In this document: positions 27,911-36,815 of the stretch, piece after piece
Layout: each line of letters opens with the position of its first letter
How positions within the stretch are numbered: the first letter of the stretch is position 1
NCBI GenBank assembly: GCA_016189835.1
Contig: JACPRU010000051.1
Span: forward strand, 944 to 64,943
DNA: 64,000 nucleotides
Reading direction: 5' to 3'
Source of the DNA: Deltaproteobacteria bacterium
Lineage (GTDB): Bacteria; Desulfobacterota; Binatia; JACPRU01
The notes under the pieces: generated by a model
The model's input: the letters and a program-made list of their open reading frames with translations, nothing else
What the model was told of the DNA's origin: nothing
Databases searched by the model: none
Made by a program: the position numbers and the translations under genes

Positions 27911-28381
27911 CGGAGGTGCCGCGGCCGGGGAGGACGCCCCGGCCGCCGACGCGCGTGGCTCCGGGATCCGGCGCGAGATCTCGAGCAGCCAGAAGAAGAT
28001 GCCCAGCAGCAGCAGGATCAGACAGCCGCCGAGGAGCTGCAACCGGGCGACGATCTCGCGGATCCGCCGATCGAGGTCGTCGAGGGCCGCGCCGGTCGCC
28101 AGGCTGTGCGTGATCTGCGCGCGGCGCAGCGCCTCGATCGCGGCCCGGTCGGCCGCCGCGGCCGCTGCCGCCGGCTGCGCCTGCCCCACCCGCGCCTCCC
28201 GGGAAAGCCGCGTGAACTTCGGCCCGGCCGGCGGGCCTGCCGGGATCGCCGCCGCGGCGATGGCACCGAAGGCGCCGAGCCAGAGCGCGGCGCCGAGCGC
28301 GGCAGTCAGCCGCCCGCTCGGTGCTGCGCGCCGCTGTGGCCCGGCGCCCTCCTCCGGCGCCCGAGGGGTTGCGGCCGCCAT
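27893..28381 (-). CDS. hypothetical small membrane protein (N- and C-terminal TM helices)
   Basis: The C-terminal 162 aa of the spurious ORF 27893..30217(-) read MAAATPRAPEEG...LWLGAFGAIAAAAIP...LLGGCLILLLLGIFFWLLEI. Its ATG lies 5 nt after the acs stop, with GAGGAG (the last two acs codons) as SD. GC3 is very high, consistent with coding sequence. Confidence 0.4.
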   Translation of the reverse strand: MAAATPRAPEEGAGPQRRAAPSGRLTAALGAALWLGAFGAIAAAAIPAGPPAGPKFTRLSREARVGQAQPAAAAAAADRAAIEALRRAQITHSLATGAALDDLDRRIREIVARLQLLGGCLILLLLGIFFWLLEISRRIPEPRASAAGASSPAAAPPSRRAR

Positions 28382-28386
28382 TCGAT

Positions 28387-30276
28387 TCACTCCTCGATCG
28401 TGCTGAGGTCTCCGGGGTCGGTTCCCAGCTCCTGCGCTTTCAAAACGCGCCGCAGGATCTTCCCCGAGCGGGTCTTCGGCAGCTTGGCGGCGAACTCGAG
28501 CTCGGCCGGCGCGGCAATCGGCCCGAGCAGCCGCCGCACGTGCTCGACGAGCTCGGCCCGCAGCGCGTCGCTCGGCGTGAAGCCGCTGCGCAACAGAACG
28601 AACGCCTTGATCACCTCGCCCTTGATGGGGTCCGGCTTGCCGATCACCGCCGCTTCGCCGACGGAGGGATGGCTGACGAGGGTCGATTCCACGTCGGCCG
28701 TGCCGATGCGGTGCCCGGCGACGTTCAGGACGTCGTCGGCTCGACCGAGCACCGCGAGGTAGCCGTCCTCGTCGACGGTGGCGACGTCCCCGGCGACGTA
28801 GACCCCGGGAATCTGGCGGAAGTACTGCTCGTAGCGCTCGTGAGCGCCCCACACCGTGCGAAACATCTGCGGCCAAGGCCCGCGCAGGCAGAGCAGGCCG
28901 CCGGTGTTCGGCGCTACGGGCTGGCCGTCGCGGTCGAGCACCTCGGCACGGTAGCCGGGGAACGGCTTGCCGACCTTTCCCGCCTTGGCCGTCATCGCCG
29001 GCCAGGTGCCGATCACCGGTGCCGCCGTCTCCGTCTGCCACCAGTTGTCGAGCACCGGGCCCCGGCCCTGCATGACGTGGCGATGCGCCCAGCGCAGCGC
29101 CTCGGGGTTCAGCGGCTCGCCGGCGCAGGCGAGCAGCCGCAGCGTCGAAAGATCGTACTTGGCCGGCCACTCCGTCCCGAGGCGCATGAACATGCGCAGC
29201 GCGGTCGGCGCGGTGAACATCTTGGTGACGCCGCATCGCTCGATCGTCTCCCAGACGATTCCCGCATGCGGGAAATCCGGGGCCCCTTCGCGGGCGACGA
29301 CCGTCGTGCCGTTGCACCACGGGCCATAGACCATCACCGAATGGCCGACGATCCAGCCGATGTCCGAGGTGCACCAGTAGACGTCGTCCTCGTGCACGTC
29401 GCAGAGCAGCTTCCAGAGATGCGTGGCCCCGACCATGTAGCCGCCGTGCACGTAGGCGCAGCCCTTCGGCTTGCCCGTCGATCCGGACGTGTAGAGGATG
29501 AACAACCAGTCCTCGCTGTCCATCGGCTCCGGGGCGCAGTTCGTCGACCCGCTCGCCAGTAGGTCCTCGAAGTCGATCTCCCGTGCGCCGAGAGCGATCT
29601 TCGGCTCCGCGCGCCGGTGGAGGATCACCCGCTCGACCGTCGGCGTCTGCGCCAGGGCCTCGTCGAGGATGCCCTTCAAGTCGACGACCTTGCCGCGTCG
29701 GTAGCCGACGTCGCTGGCGATCACCACCTTGGCGCCCGCGTCGCCGACCCGGTCGCGAACGGCGCCCGAGCCGAGGCCCGCGTAGATCACGCTGTGGACG
29801 GCGCCGATGCGCGCGCACGCCAGCATGGCGACGATTCCCTCCGGCGTGAGCGGCATGTAGATGGCGACGCGATCCCCTTTGCGGACGCCGAGTTGGCGCA
29901 GGGCCGAGCCCAGCTTGCAGACCTCGCGGTGGAGCCTCCCGAAAGTGAACGCGCGCTCCTCCCCGTCCTCGCCGAGCCACAGCAGCGCGAGCTTGTTCTT
30001 GCGATCGCCGCGCAGGTGGCGGTCCAGGCAGTTCTCGGTGATGTTGCAGCGCGCGCCGACGAACCACTTGGCGTCGGGGTACTTCCACTCGAGCACCGCG
30101 CGCCACGGCGCCATCCACTCGAATTCCCGGGCGATCTCTTGCCAGTACCCGGCGAGGTCGTCGACGCTCCGGCGGTAGTGGCGATCGGGGTCGCGCACCA
30201 GCGCGTTCGCCACCCACTCCGGCGCCGGCTCGAATCGGCTGGCTTCCTGCAGCAAGGTCTCGATCTTCTCGCTCAT
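28387..30276 (-). CDS. acs: acetyl-CoA synthetase (acetate--CoA ligase)
   Basis: ORF 28387..30312(-) has the Acs motifs YTSGSTGKPKG and the SGH/WQTET region, and the C-terminal Lys-containing PKTRSGKILRR. The start was set at MSEKIETLLQE (M13). Confidence 0.9.
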   Translation of the reverse strand: MSEKIETLLQEASRFEPAPEWVANALVRDPDRHYRRSVDDLAGYWQEIAREFEWMAPWRAVLEWKYPDAKWFVGARCNITENCLDRHLRGDRKNKLALLWLGEDGEERAFTFGRLHREVCKLGSALRQLGVRKGDRVAIYMPLTPEGIVAMLACARIGAVHSVIYAGLGSGAVRDRVGDAGAKVVIASDVGYRRGKVVDLKGILDEALAQTPTVERVILHRRAEPKIALGAREIDFEDLLASGSTNCAPEPMDSEDWLFILYTSGSTGKPKGCAYVHGGYMVGATHLWKLLCDVHEDDVYWCTSDIGWIVGHSVMVYGPWCNGTTVVAREGAPDFPHAGIVWETIERCGVTKMFTAPTALRMFMRLGTEWPAKYDLSTLRLLACAGEPLNPEALRWAHRHVMQGRGPVLDNWWQTETAAPVIGTWPAMTAKAGKVGKPFPGYRAEVLDRDGQPVAPNTGGLLCLRGPWPQMFRTVWGAHERYEQYFRQIPGVYVAGDVATVDEDGYLAVLGRADDVLNVAGHRIGTADVESTLVSHPSVGEAAVIGKPDPIKGEVIKAFVLLRSGFTPSDALRAELVEHVRRLLGPIAAPAELEFAAKLPKTRSGKILRRVLKAQELGTDPGDLSTIEE

Positions 30277-30372
30277 TGTCACGCGCTCCGGCTTTTCGCT
30301 ATGAGCAGGCAACGCTTATCGTGCGGCGGCGGTGGATTCCAGCGTTCGTCGCTCGCCGAAGGAGAACCGCCG

Positions 30373-30852
30373 ATGAACCGACTGCTCGTCTGCGCCGTGT
30401 CCGTCGTGCTCTGTCTCGCGCCGCTCGCCACGCGGGCCGAATCGAAGGAAGGCGCCGGGGTCGCCGAAACCAAGCAAGCGCTCGCCGCGGTCAACGCGCG
30501 GTACGGCAAGGCCGTCGAGCAGCGCGACGCCGCGGCGATCCGCGACCTCTACACCAAGGACGCCATCCTCCTGCCCCCCGACCAGGCGATGATCCGCGGC
30601 AACGCCGGAGTCGAGGACTTCTGGAAGGCCTCGTTCGCCGCGGGCGTGAAGACCGCCTCGCTCGACACCATCGACGTCGAGCAGGCCGGCGACGTGGCCG
30701 TCGAGACCGGCACCTACGCCATGACGGTCGCGCCGGAGGGAAAGGAAGCGCAGACCGCGACCGGCAAGTACGTCGTGATGTGGAAGCGCGTGAAGGACGG
30801 GACCTGGAAGCTCCACCGCGACATCTGGAACGCCACGCCGGCGGCGAAGTGA
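30373..30852 (+). CDS. SnoaL-like / DUF4440 (NTF2-fold) protein with signal peptide
   Basis: The 159-aa C-terminus of ORF 29617..30852(+) reads MNRLLVCAVSVVLCLAPLATRAESKEG... There is a ggagaa SD 7 nt upstream of the ATG at 30373. Confidence 0.7.
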   Translation: MNRLLVCAVSVVLCLAPLATRAESKEGAGVAETKQALAAVNARYGKAVEQRDAAAIRDLYTKDAILLPPDQAMIRGNAGVEDFWKASFAAGVKTASLDTIDVEQAGDVAVETGTYAMTVAPEGKEAQTATGKYVVMWKRVKDGTWKLHRDIWNATPAAK

Positions 30853-30874
30853 TCCGCCCACCGGAGGATCGTCC

Positions 30875-30993
30875 ATGCCGCTTCATCCGAAAGCCAAGGA
30901 ATTCCTCGACCAGATGAGCGCGGCGGGCATGCCGCCGTTCGGCGTTACCTCCCGATTAGGGGCCCCCTGCCGGTTTGGACGGAAGCCGGGCGA
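30875..30993 (+). pseudogene. remnant of an alpha/beta-hydrolase (HSL-family esterase) gene; only ~25 N-terminal codons conserved
   Basis: MPLHPKAKEFLDQMSAAGMPP matches the characteristic esterase/lipase N-terminus (MPLDP..Q.LDQ......PP). After ~aa 26 the frame degenerates into low-complexity sequence and runs into the GT2 gene. Confidence 0.4.
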
Positions 30994-32364
30994 GTGCTAT
31001 GGGAGCGCGTCGCTATGGCCGAGCCCGTTTCGCCCGCGCCGCCGGTGCCCGAGTGGAGCTGGCATGCCGATCGGCCGGCGGACGGTGGCATCGAGCCCCT
31101 GGAGATGTTCGACGGACTGCTGCGGCAGGCCTGCGCGGCGGGAGCGCCTTGTCGCGAGGCCCGTAATCCGCTGGGTTCGGCCCAGGCATACTTCGCTCTG
31201 CGTCGCCCCCATGGCTTGGCGAATCGCGCATTGCGCGTGACCGTCGAGATCTTCGCCGAGGCGCCTCACGCGGTCTGGCTGGAGTACGACTCGAGCGACC
31301 GATCGGTGCAGGTCGTTCCCGATCGTCCGGGAGCGTTCAAGCGAACCCCCAGCGTGGTGATCGCGCCGAGCGGCGACTGGGTGCAATGCCGGTTCGAGAT
31401 CGACGACGGCCGCTTCTGCCGGGCCGTCAACGGCGCGGATTTTCGTCTTGCCAGCGACCTGCCCGCAGAGCTGCCATTGCGCATTCGCCGCTGCGCCGTC
31501 GCCCCGCTCGCGGCGGACCTCTCGCGCACCACCGTCGCGGCGGCGCGCGTCGCGGCGGCGCTCGCGTTCCCCGCGGCAACCGACCCCGCCGTCTCGGTCA
31601 TCGTTCCGGTGTTCAATCGGCTCGAGCTGACGCTGCAGTGCCTGACTGCGCTGCGTGCCAACACGGGCGCGGGCTACGAGGTCCTGGTCGTCGACGACGG
31701 CTCTTCGGACGGCACCGCCGAAGCGCTGCGCGCGATCCGGGGGTTGCGCGTGCTCGAGCATGGGGCGAATCGGGGTTTCGCCGCCGCCTGCAACGCGGGC
31801 GCTGCGGCTGCGCGTGGCCGCTATTTGCTCTTTCTCAACAACGACACGGTGCCCCAGGGGGGCTGGCTCGAATCCATGGTCGCCGCGGCGGAGAGCGACC
31901 GGACCATCGGCATCGTCGGCGCCAAGCTGCTCTTCCCCGAGACCGGCGAGATCCAGCACGCCGGGGTGGAGTTCACCGCCGAGGGGGTTCCGGTTCACCG
32001 TCTCGAGCTCGCCGCCGCCGACGATCCCGCGGTTTGCCGCAGCCGCCCGGTGCCGGCGGTCACCGGCGCCTGCCTGCTGATCCGCAGAATCGTCTTCGAG
32101 CGCTGCGGCGGCTTCGACGAGCGCTTCCGCAACGGCTACGAGGACATCGATCTCTGTCTGCGCGTCCGCGAGGCCGGCCACGAGGTGCTGTACTGCGCGT
32201 CGAGCGTGCTGCTCCACCATGCTTGCGTCAGCGACGGCCGCTGGACCCACGAGGCGGCCAACCGCACGCTGTTTCTCTCGCGCTGGAAGGAGCGCCTCGG
32301 CGCGCTGACCGCGATCCGCGCGACCGACGGCCGCGGTGCCGACCGCGCGCCGCTCCGCGGCTGA
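30994..32364 (+). CDS. family 2 glycosyltransferase with an N-terminal domain of unknown function
   Basis: The 456-aa product has, in its C-terminal half, SVIVPVFNRLELT...VLVVDDGSSDGT...FLNNDT, a GT2 (GT-A fold, DxD) region. The N-terminal ~200 aa are not recognised. Confidence 0.8.
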   Translation: MLWERVAMAEPVSPAPPVPEWSWHADRPADGGIEPLEMFDGLLRQACAAGAPCREARNPLGSAQAYFALRRPHGLANRALRVTVEIFAEAPHAVWLEYDSSDRSVQVVPDRPGAFKRTPSVVIAPSGDWVQCRFEIDDGRFCRAVNGADFRLASDLPAELPLRIRRCAVAPLAADLSRTTVAAARVAAALAFPAATDPAVSVIVPVFNRLELTLQCLTALRANTGAGYEVLVVDDGSSDGTAEALRAIRGLRVLEHGANRGFAAACNAGAAAARGRYLLFLNNDTVPQGGWLESMVAAAESDRTIGIVGAKLLFPETGEIQHAGVEFTAEGVPVHRLELAAADDPAVCRSRPVPAVTGACLLIRRIVFERCGGFDERFRNGYEDIDLCLRVREAGHEVLYCASSVLLHHACVSDGRWTHEAANRTLFLSRWKERLGALTAIRATDGRGADRAPLRG

Positions 32365-32430
32365 CCGCGCAGCGGCGGTCTCTCGGTCCCCGGTGGGATC
32401 GGTGCTCGCAGCCCGCCGAGCGGCGTCCCG

Positions 32431-33081
32431 TCAGCGGGACCGACCGACGCCGACCCGACCGCATTGCGCGGCGACCGGACAGCGGCTGCACCAGGGTGAC
32501 GTCGGGTGGCAGAGGTTCTGGCCGAACGCCACCAGCAGGTCGTTGATCGTCCGCCAGTGGCGGCGCGGCAGCCGCTCTCTGAGCTGCGCCTCGGTCCCGT
32601 GCGGCGAGCGGGTGCGCACGAATCCCCAGCGGTTGCAGATGCGGTGCACGTGCGTATCGACGCAGATCCCGTAGCGGCCGAACGCCAGCGTGACGACCAG
32701 GTTCGCGGTCTTGCGCCCCACGCCCTTGAGCTTCAGCAGCTCGTCGAGGTCACCGGGCACTCGACCGCCGTGGCGCGCGATCAGCGCGCGCGAGACCTCG
32801 CGCAGGGTGCGCGCCTTGGTGCGATAGAACCCCACCGGGTAGATGAGCCGCTCGAGGCGGCGCCGCGGCACCCGCAGCATCGCCTGCGGCGTGCGCGCGA
32901 CGCGGAACAGCCGCACCGAGGCCTCGGCCGTCGTCGCGTCCTTGGTGCGCAGGCTGAGCAGGCAGGAGACCAGGGTCTCGTAGGGATCCCGACGATAGCG
33001 GCCCACCACCGGCGGCTTCCATCGCCGGACCGCGCGCTGGAGCGTCCCGAGCACGCGGTCGACGTTGTCGACGTCGACCAC
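32431..33081 (-). CDS. nth: endonuclease III (DNA-(apurinic or apyrimidinic site) lyase)
   Basis: The 216-aa product has the HhH-GPD motif LLKLKGVGRKTANLV and the C-terminal 4Fe-4S cluster CHPTSPWCSRCPVAAQC. Confidence 0.85.
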   Translation of the reverse strand: MVDVDNVDRVLGTLQRAVRRWKPPVVGRYRRDPYETLVSCLLSLRTKDATTAEASVRLFRVARTPQAMLRVPRRRLERLIYPVGFYRTKARTLREVSRALIARHGGRVPGDLDELLKLKGVGRKTANLVVTLAFGRYGICVDTHVHRICNRWGFVRTRSPHGTEAQLRERLPRRHWRTINDLLVAFGQNLCHPTSPWCSRCPVAAQCGRVGVGRSR

Positions 33082-33086
33082 TCGGC

Positions 33087-33728
33087 CTACTCGATGAGGT
33101 TCTGCCGCAAGGCGATGGCCACGGCCTGCGCGCGGTCCGACGCGCCGAGCTTCTCGTAGAGGCGCTTCAGGTGCGTCTTCACCGTCTCGTCCGAGATCGC
33201 CAGCAGGCTCGCGATCTCCTTGTTGCTCTTGCCCTCGGACACGAACTCGAGAATCTCGATCTCGCGCAGCGTGAGATTGCTCCGTTCCGCCTCGAGACGG
33301 GCGTCGAGCACCAGCCGGCGCAGCAGCGGCTTGGTGACCTCGGCCTGCAGGAATCCGGCCCCCTGCCTGACGGCGCGGATGGCGCGCAGCAGCTCCTCCC
33401 GGCTGGCGCTCTTCAGCACGTAGCCGCTGGCCCCGGCGTGCATCGCCGCGTAGACGTACACGGGGTTGTTGTACATCGTGAACACGACGATCGCCGCCTG
33501 CGGGGCGACGCGCCGGATCTCGGGGATCGCCCGCAGGCCGCCCATCCCCGGCATCTTCAGATCGACGATGGCGACGTCGGGGAGAGTATGAGCGATGCCG
33601 GCGATGCCCTCCGCGCCGTCGCCGGCTTCGCCGGCGATCTCGATGTCGGGTTCCGCCGCGAGCATCATGCGCACCGCCTGGCGCAGCACCGTGTGATCGT
33701 CGAGCAGGAATACCCGCGTGCGCTTCAT
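33087..33728 (-). CDS. NarL/FixJ (LuxR-type HTH) family response regulator
   Basis: The C-terminal 213 aa of ORF 33087..33908(-) read MKRTRVFLLDDHTVLRQ... with the receiver Asp (DVAIVDLKMPGM) and a LuxR HTH (LTLREIEILEFVSEGKSNKEIA). Confidence 0.85.
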   Translation of the reverse strand: MKRTRVFLLDDHTVLRQAVRMMLAAEPDIEIAGEAGDGAEGIAGIAHTLPDVAIVDLKMPGMGGLRAIPEIRRVAPQAAIVVFTMYNNPVYVYAAMHAGASGYVLKSASREELLRAIRAVRQGAGFLQAEVTKPLLRRLVLDARLEAERSNLTLREIEILEFVSEGKSNKEIASLLAISDETVKTHLKRLYEKLGASDRAQAVAIALRQNLIE

Positions 33729-34029
33729 GCCTCCCTGCCCTCCTTCGCCACGGTGACGCGGACCTCCATGGCGCCCTCCGGCCGCCCCCGGATCGACAAC
33801 TTGCCGCCGCACGCCTCGGCCCGCTCCTTCATGTGCAGCAGGCCGTAGTGGCCGCGCGGCAGGGCGTGCGGGTCGAAGCCCACGCCGTCGTCGCGGACCG
33901 TCAGGCACACCTCGTGGCCGTTCACGCAGCTCAGCACCACCGCCAGGCTCCGCGCGCCGGCGTGCTTGCGACGTTCAGCACCGCCTCCTGCAGGACCCGG
34001 AACAGCATCACGTTGACCTCGGGGTCGGT
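33725..34029 (-). pseudogene. histidine kinase remnant (HATPase_c domain only; frameshifted; no DHp or sensor region)
   Basis: Two frames encode ...TDPEVNVMLFRVLQEAVLNVA| and |VLSCVNGHEVCLTVRDDGVGFDP...GHYGLLHMKERAEACGGKLSIRGRPEGAMEVRVTV. They are separated by a 1-nt loss at the expected AKHAGA codons (gtcgcaagcacgcc). No upstream HisKA_3 domain is present. Confidence 0.55.
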
Positions 34030-34392
34030 CAGTTGAACGTCCGCTTGAGATGCACGGTGATCATCCGGTCCCACTGTACCTCGCTCATCTCCGCCAGGGG
34101 AACGACCCCGCCGTACCCCGCGTCGTTCACCAGGATCGTCCCCGGCCGAGCTCGCGACGCACCCGCTCCGCCGCCCGCTGCGCGTCGGCGAAGCTCGCCA
34201 CGTCCACCTCGACCGCCAGCGTGCGACGGCCGAGTTCGGAGACCTCCTGGGCACGCGCCGGGCCGCCGAGATGTCGCGGTCCCAGATCGCCACGTTGCAG
34301 CCGTCGCGAGCCAGCCGGCGACAGATCGCTCTGCCGATCCCGGACGCTCCGCCGGTCACGACCGCGGACCTGTCCTTCAGCGCCATCCGCAT
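34030..34392 (-). pseudogene. short-chain dehydrogenase/reductase (SDR) remnant with at least two frameshifts and premature stop
   Basis: My own translation gives MRMALKDRSAVVTGGASGIGRAICRRLARDGCNVAIWDRDISAA | (frame +1) AQEVSELGRRTLAVEVDVASFADAQRAAERVRRELGRG | (frame +2) TILVNDAGYGGVVPLAEMSEVQWDRMITVHLKRTFN*. This is the N-terminal ~120 aa of a classical SDR spread across three frames. Confidence 0.55.
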
Positions 34393-34629
34393 GCCCTCCC
34401 TTGCCCGGTGGCTTGCCGGGGGCCTCCCCTTACCACAGGGGCGGGAGCGACGAAGACCGAGGCGACGCGGCGCGCAACGCGGAAAAACCACGCCCGTTCG
34501 GCCGGCACCGGAGATGCCGCCCGGCGGGCGCGCCGACGGCGCGGCTCCGGCCGGGCTCGCCGCCCCGGCCCAAGCCGCGTCGTCGTACCGCTTGAACGGT
34601 CGGCGGGCGGCAGATAATCCTTTCCCCCC

Positions 34630-35511
34630 ATGAGCAAGACCAACGGATTCCTTCGCTTCAACGGTACCGCGGGCTACATCGCCTCCGGTCCGCTCGTCGA
34701 CGCGGTGAACTGCGCGATCGCCCTGGAGCGCCCATTGCTCCTCAAGGGAGAGCCGGGCACGGGCAAGACCGTGCTCGCGAGCCACGTGGCCGAGGGGCTC
34801 GGCATGCCGATGCTCTCCTGGCACATCAAGTCGACCACCAAGGCGGCCGATGGGCTTTACGTCTACGACACGGTGCAGCGCCTGAACGACAGCCGCTTCG
34901 GCACCGGCAACGTCGCCGACATCGGCCGCTACATCAAGCTCGGTCCCCTCGGCGAAGCGTTCGCGGCCGCCGAGCGCCAGGTGCTGTTGATCGACGAGGT
35001 CGACAAGGCCGATCTCGAGTTTCCGAACGACCTGCTGCGCGAGCTCGACGAGATGCGCTTCAGCATCCTCGAGACCAGCCAGGAGATCATCGCCCGGCAC
35101 CGGCCGGTCGTGCTGATCACCTCGAACAACGAGAAGGAGCTCCCCGACGCGTTCCTGCGCCGCTGCATCTTCCACTACATCGAGTTTCCCGACGTGGCGC
35201 TGATGCGCCAGATCATCGCCGTGCATCATCCGCACCTCGACGCCCAGCTCCTCGATCAGGTGCTGATCAAGTTCTACTGGCTGCGCGAGCAGCCCGAGCT
35301 GCGCAAGAAGCCCTCGACCTCGGAGCTCGTGGATTGGATCAGCGCGCTGCTGCGATCGGGCATCGCCCGCGACCAGCTCGAGGCGCACATCCCGTTCGTC
35401 GGCGCGCTGCTCAAGAAGGAGCAGGACGTCGACGGGGTCACCCGATTCGACCAACAGGGCGGCAAGTTCCCCAAGCGGTGGGCCGACCTCGGCCCGCGGT
35501 ACAACCAGTGA
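34630..35511 (+). CDS. MoxR-family AAA+ ATPase (AAA_5 type)
   Basis: The 293-aa product has Walker A LLKGEPGTGKT and Walker B VLLIDEVDKA. It is short and MoxR/CoxD-like, and a VWA protein follows 25 nt downstream. Confidence 0.85.
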   Translation: MSKTNGFLRFNGTAGYIASGPLVDAVNCAIALERPLLLKGEPGTGKTVLASHVAEGLGMPMLSWHIKSTTKAADGLYVYDTVQRLNDSRFGTGNVADIGRYIKLGPLGEAFAAAERQVLLIDEVDKADLEFPNDLLRELDEMRFSILETSQEIIARHRPVVLITSNNEKELPDAFLRRCIFHYIEFPDVALMRQIIAVHHPHLDAQLLDQVLIKFYWLREQPELRKKPSTSELVDWISALLRSGIARDQLEAHIPFVGALLKKEQDVDGVTRFDQQGGKFPKRWADLGPRYNQ

Positions 35512-35536
35512 CGGGCGCCGCGCCGAGCTGATCCGC

Positions 35537-36727
35537 ATGTTTCTCGACCTCTTCTACGGCCTGCGCGCGGACGGCGTCCCGCTCTCCATCCACGAATGGA
35601 AGACGTTTCTGCGCGCGCTCGAGGAGGGCCTGCACGGATCGAGCCTGCTGCGCTTCTATCACCTCGGGCGAGCCTGCCTGGTGAAGAGCGAGACCTACTT
35701 CGACGCCTACGACCGGGTCTTCGCCCGCGTCTTCAAGGGCGTGGAAGGTGCCTTCGGCGACCAGGTCACGGCCGAGATCCTCGATTGGCTGCGCGATCCG
35801 AAGAACTTCCCAAACCTCTCCGCCGAGGAGCTCGCCGCGCTCGAGCAATTGTCGCAGGACGAGCTCATGCGCCGCTTTCTCGAAACGCTCGAGAAGCAGA
35901 CCGAGCGCCACGACGGCGGCGACCGCTGGGTGGGCACCGGCGGCCGCTCGCCGTTCGGACACGGCGGCCAGCATTCCACCGGCATCCGCGTCGGCGGGCG
36001 CGGCGGCGGGCGCTCGGCGATGAAGGTGGCCGAGCAGCGTCTGTTCCGCGACTACCGCACCGACCGGATCCTCGACGTCCGCAGCCTCAAGGTCTCGCTG
36101 CGCCGACTGCGCCAGCTCACGCGGCTCGGCCTGGCATCGGAGCTCGACCTCGACGAGACCATCGACGAGACGTGCCGCAACGCGGGCGAGATCGAGCTGG
36201 TGTTCCGGCCGCCGCGGCGGAACAACGTGCGGCTGCTCCTGCTGATGGACGTCGGCGGCACCATGGACCCGTTCTACGAGCCGGTGAGCCAGCTGCTCAC
36301 CGCGCTGCACGAGGACCACGGCTTGCGGGAGTTCCAGCCCTACTATTTCCACAACTGCGTCTACGACCACGTCTACCGCACCGCGCGCATGACACGCGCC
36401 GATGCGGTGCCGACGGCGGACGTGCTGCGCCGCCTCGACTCGCACTGGAAGGCGGCGGTGATCGGCGACGGCGCGATGCACCCGGCCGAACTGCTCGACA
36501 ACTACGGCGGCATCGACCCGCGAACGACCACCGAGACTCCCGGCGTGGTCTGGCTGCAACGCATCGCCGGGCATTTCGAGCGCTCGGTATGGATCAACCC
36601 CGAGCCCGCGCCGCAGTGGGATCGCTGGCAGACGACCCGCGTCGTGCGCCGGCTCTTTCCGATGTTCCCGCTGACCGTCGACGGCGTCACCGATGCCATG
36701 CGAGCCTTGGTCGGCGCGCGCGCCTGA
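35537..36727 (+). CDS. VWA domain-containing protein (CoxE-like, MoxR partner)
   Basis: The 396-aa product has a VWA-like core ([16 protein letters not shown] with a MIDAS-like DxGxT). It is in the conserved MoxR-VWA gene pair arrangement. Confidence 0.7.
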   Translation: MFLDLFYGLRADGVPLSIHEWKTFLRALEEGLHGSSLLRFYHLGRACLVKSETYFDAYDRVFARVFKGVEGAFGDQVTAEILDWLRDPKNFPNLSAEELAALEQLSQDELMRRFLETLEKQTERHDGGDRWVGTGGRSPFGHGGQHSTGIRVGGRGGGRSAMKVAEQRLFRDYRTDRILDVRSLKVSLRRLRQLTRLGLASELDLDETIDETCRNAGEIELVFRPPRRNNVRLLLLMDVGGTMDPFYEPVSQLLTALHEDHGLREFQPYYFHNCVYDHVYRTARMTRADAVPTADVLRRLDSHWKAAVIGDGAMHPAELLDNYGGIDPRTTTETPGVVWLQRIAGHFERSVWINPEPAPQWDRWQTTRVVRRLFPMFPLTVDGVTDAMRALVGARA

Positions 36728-36815
36728 GCGGCGCCGCCGAAGCCGCCGCAGCACGGCCACTGCGGCGAGTCGATCGATGACGAACGGGCCAGTTCTCGAG
36801 CCGCGGACGAGGCGG

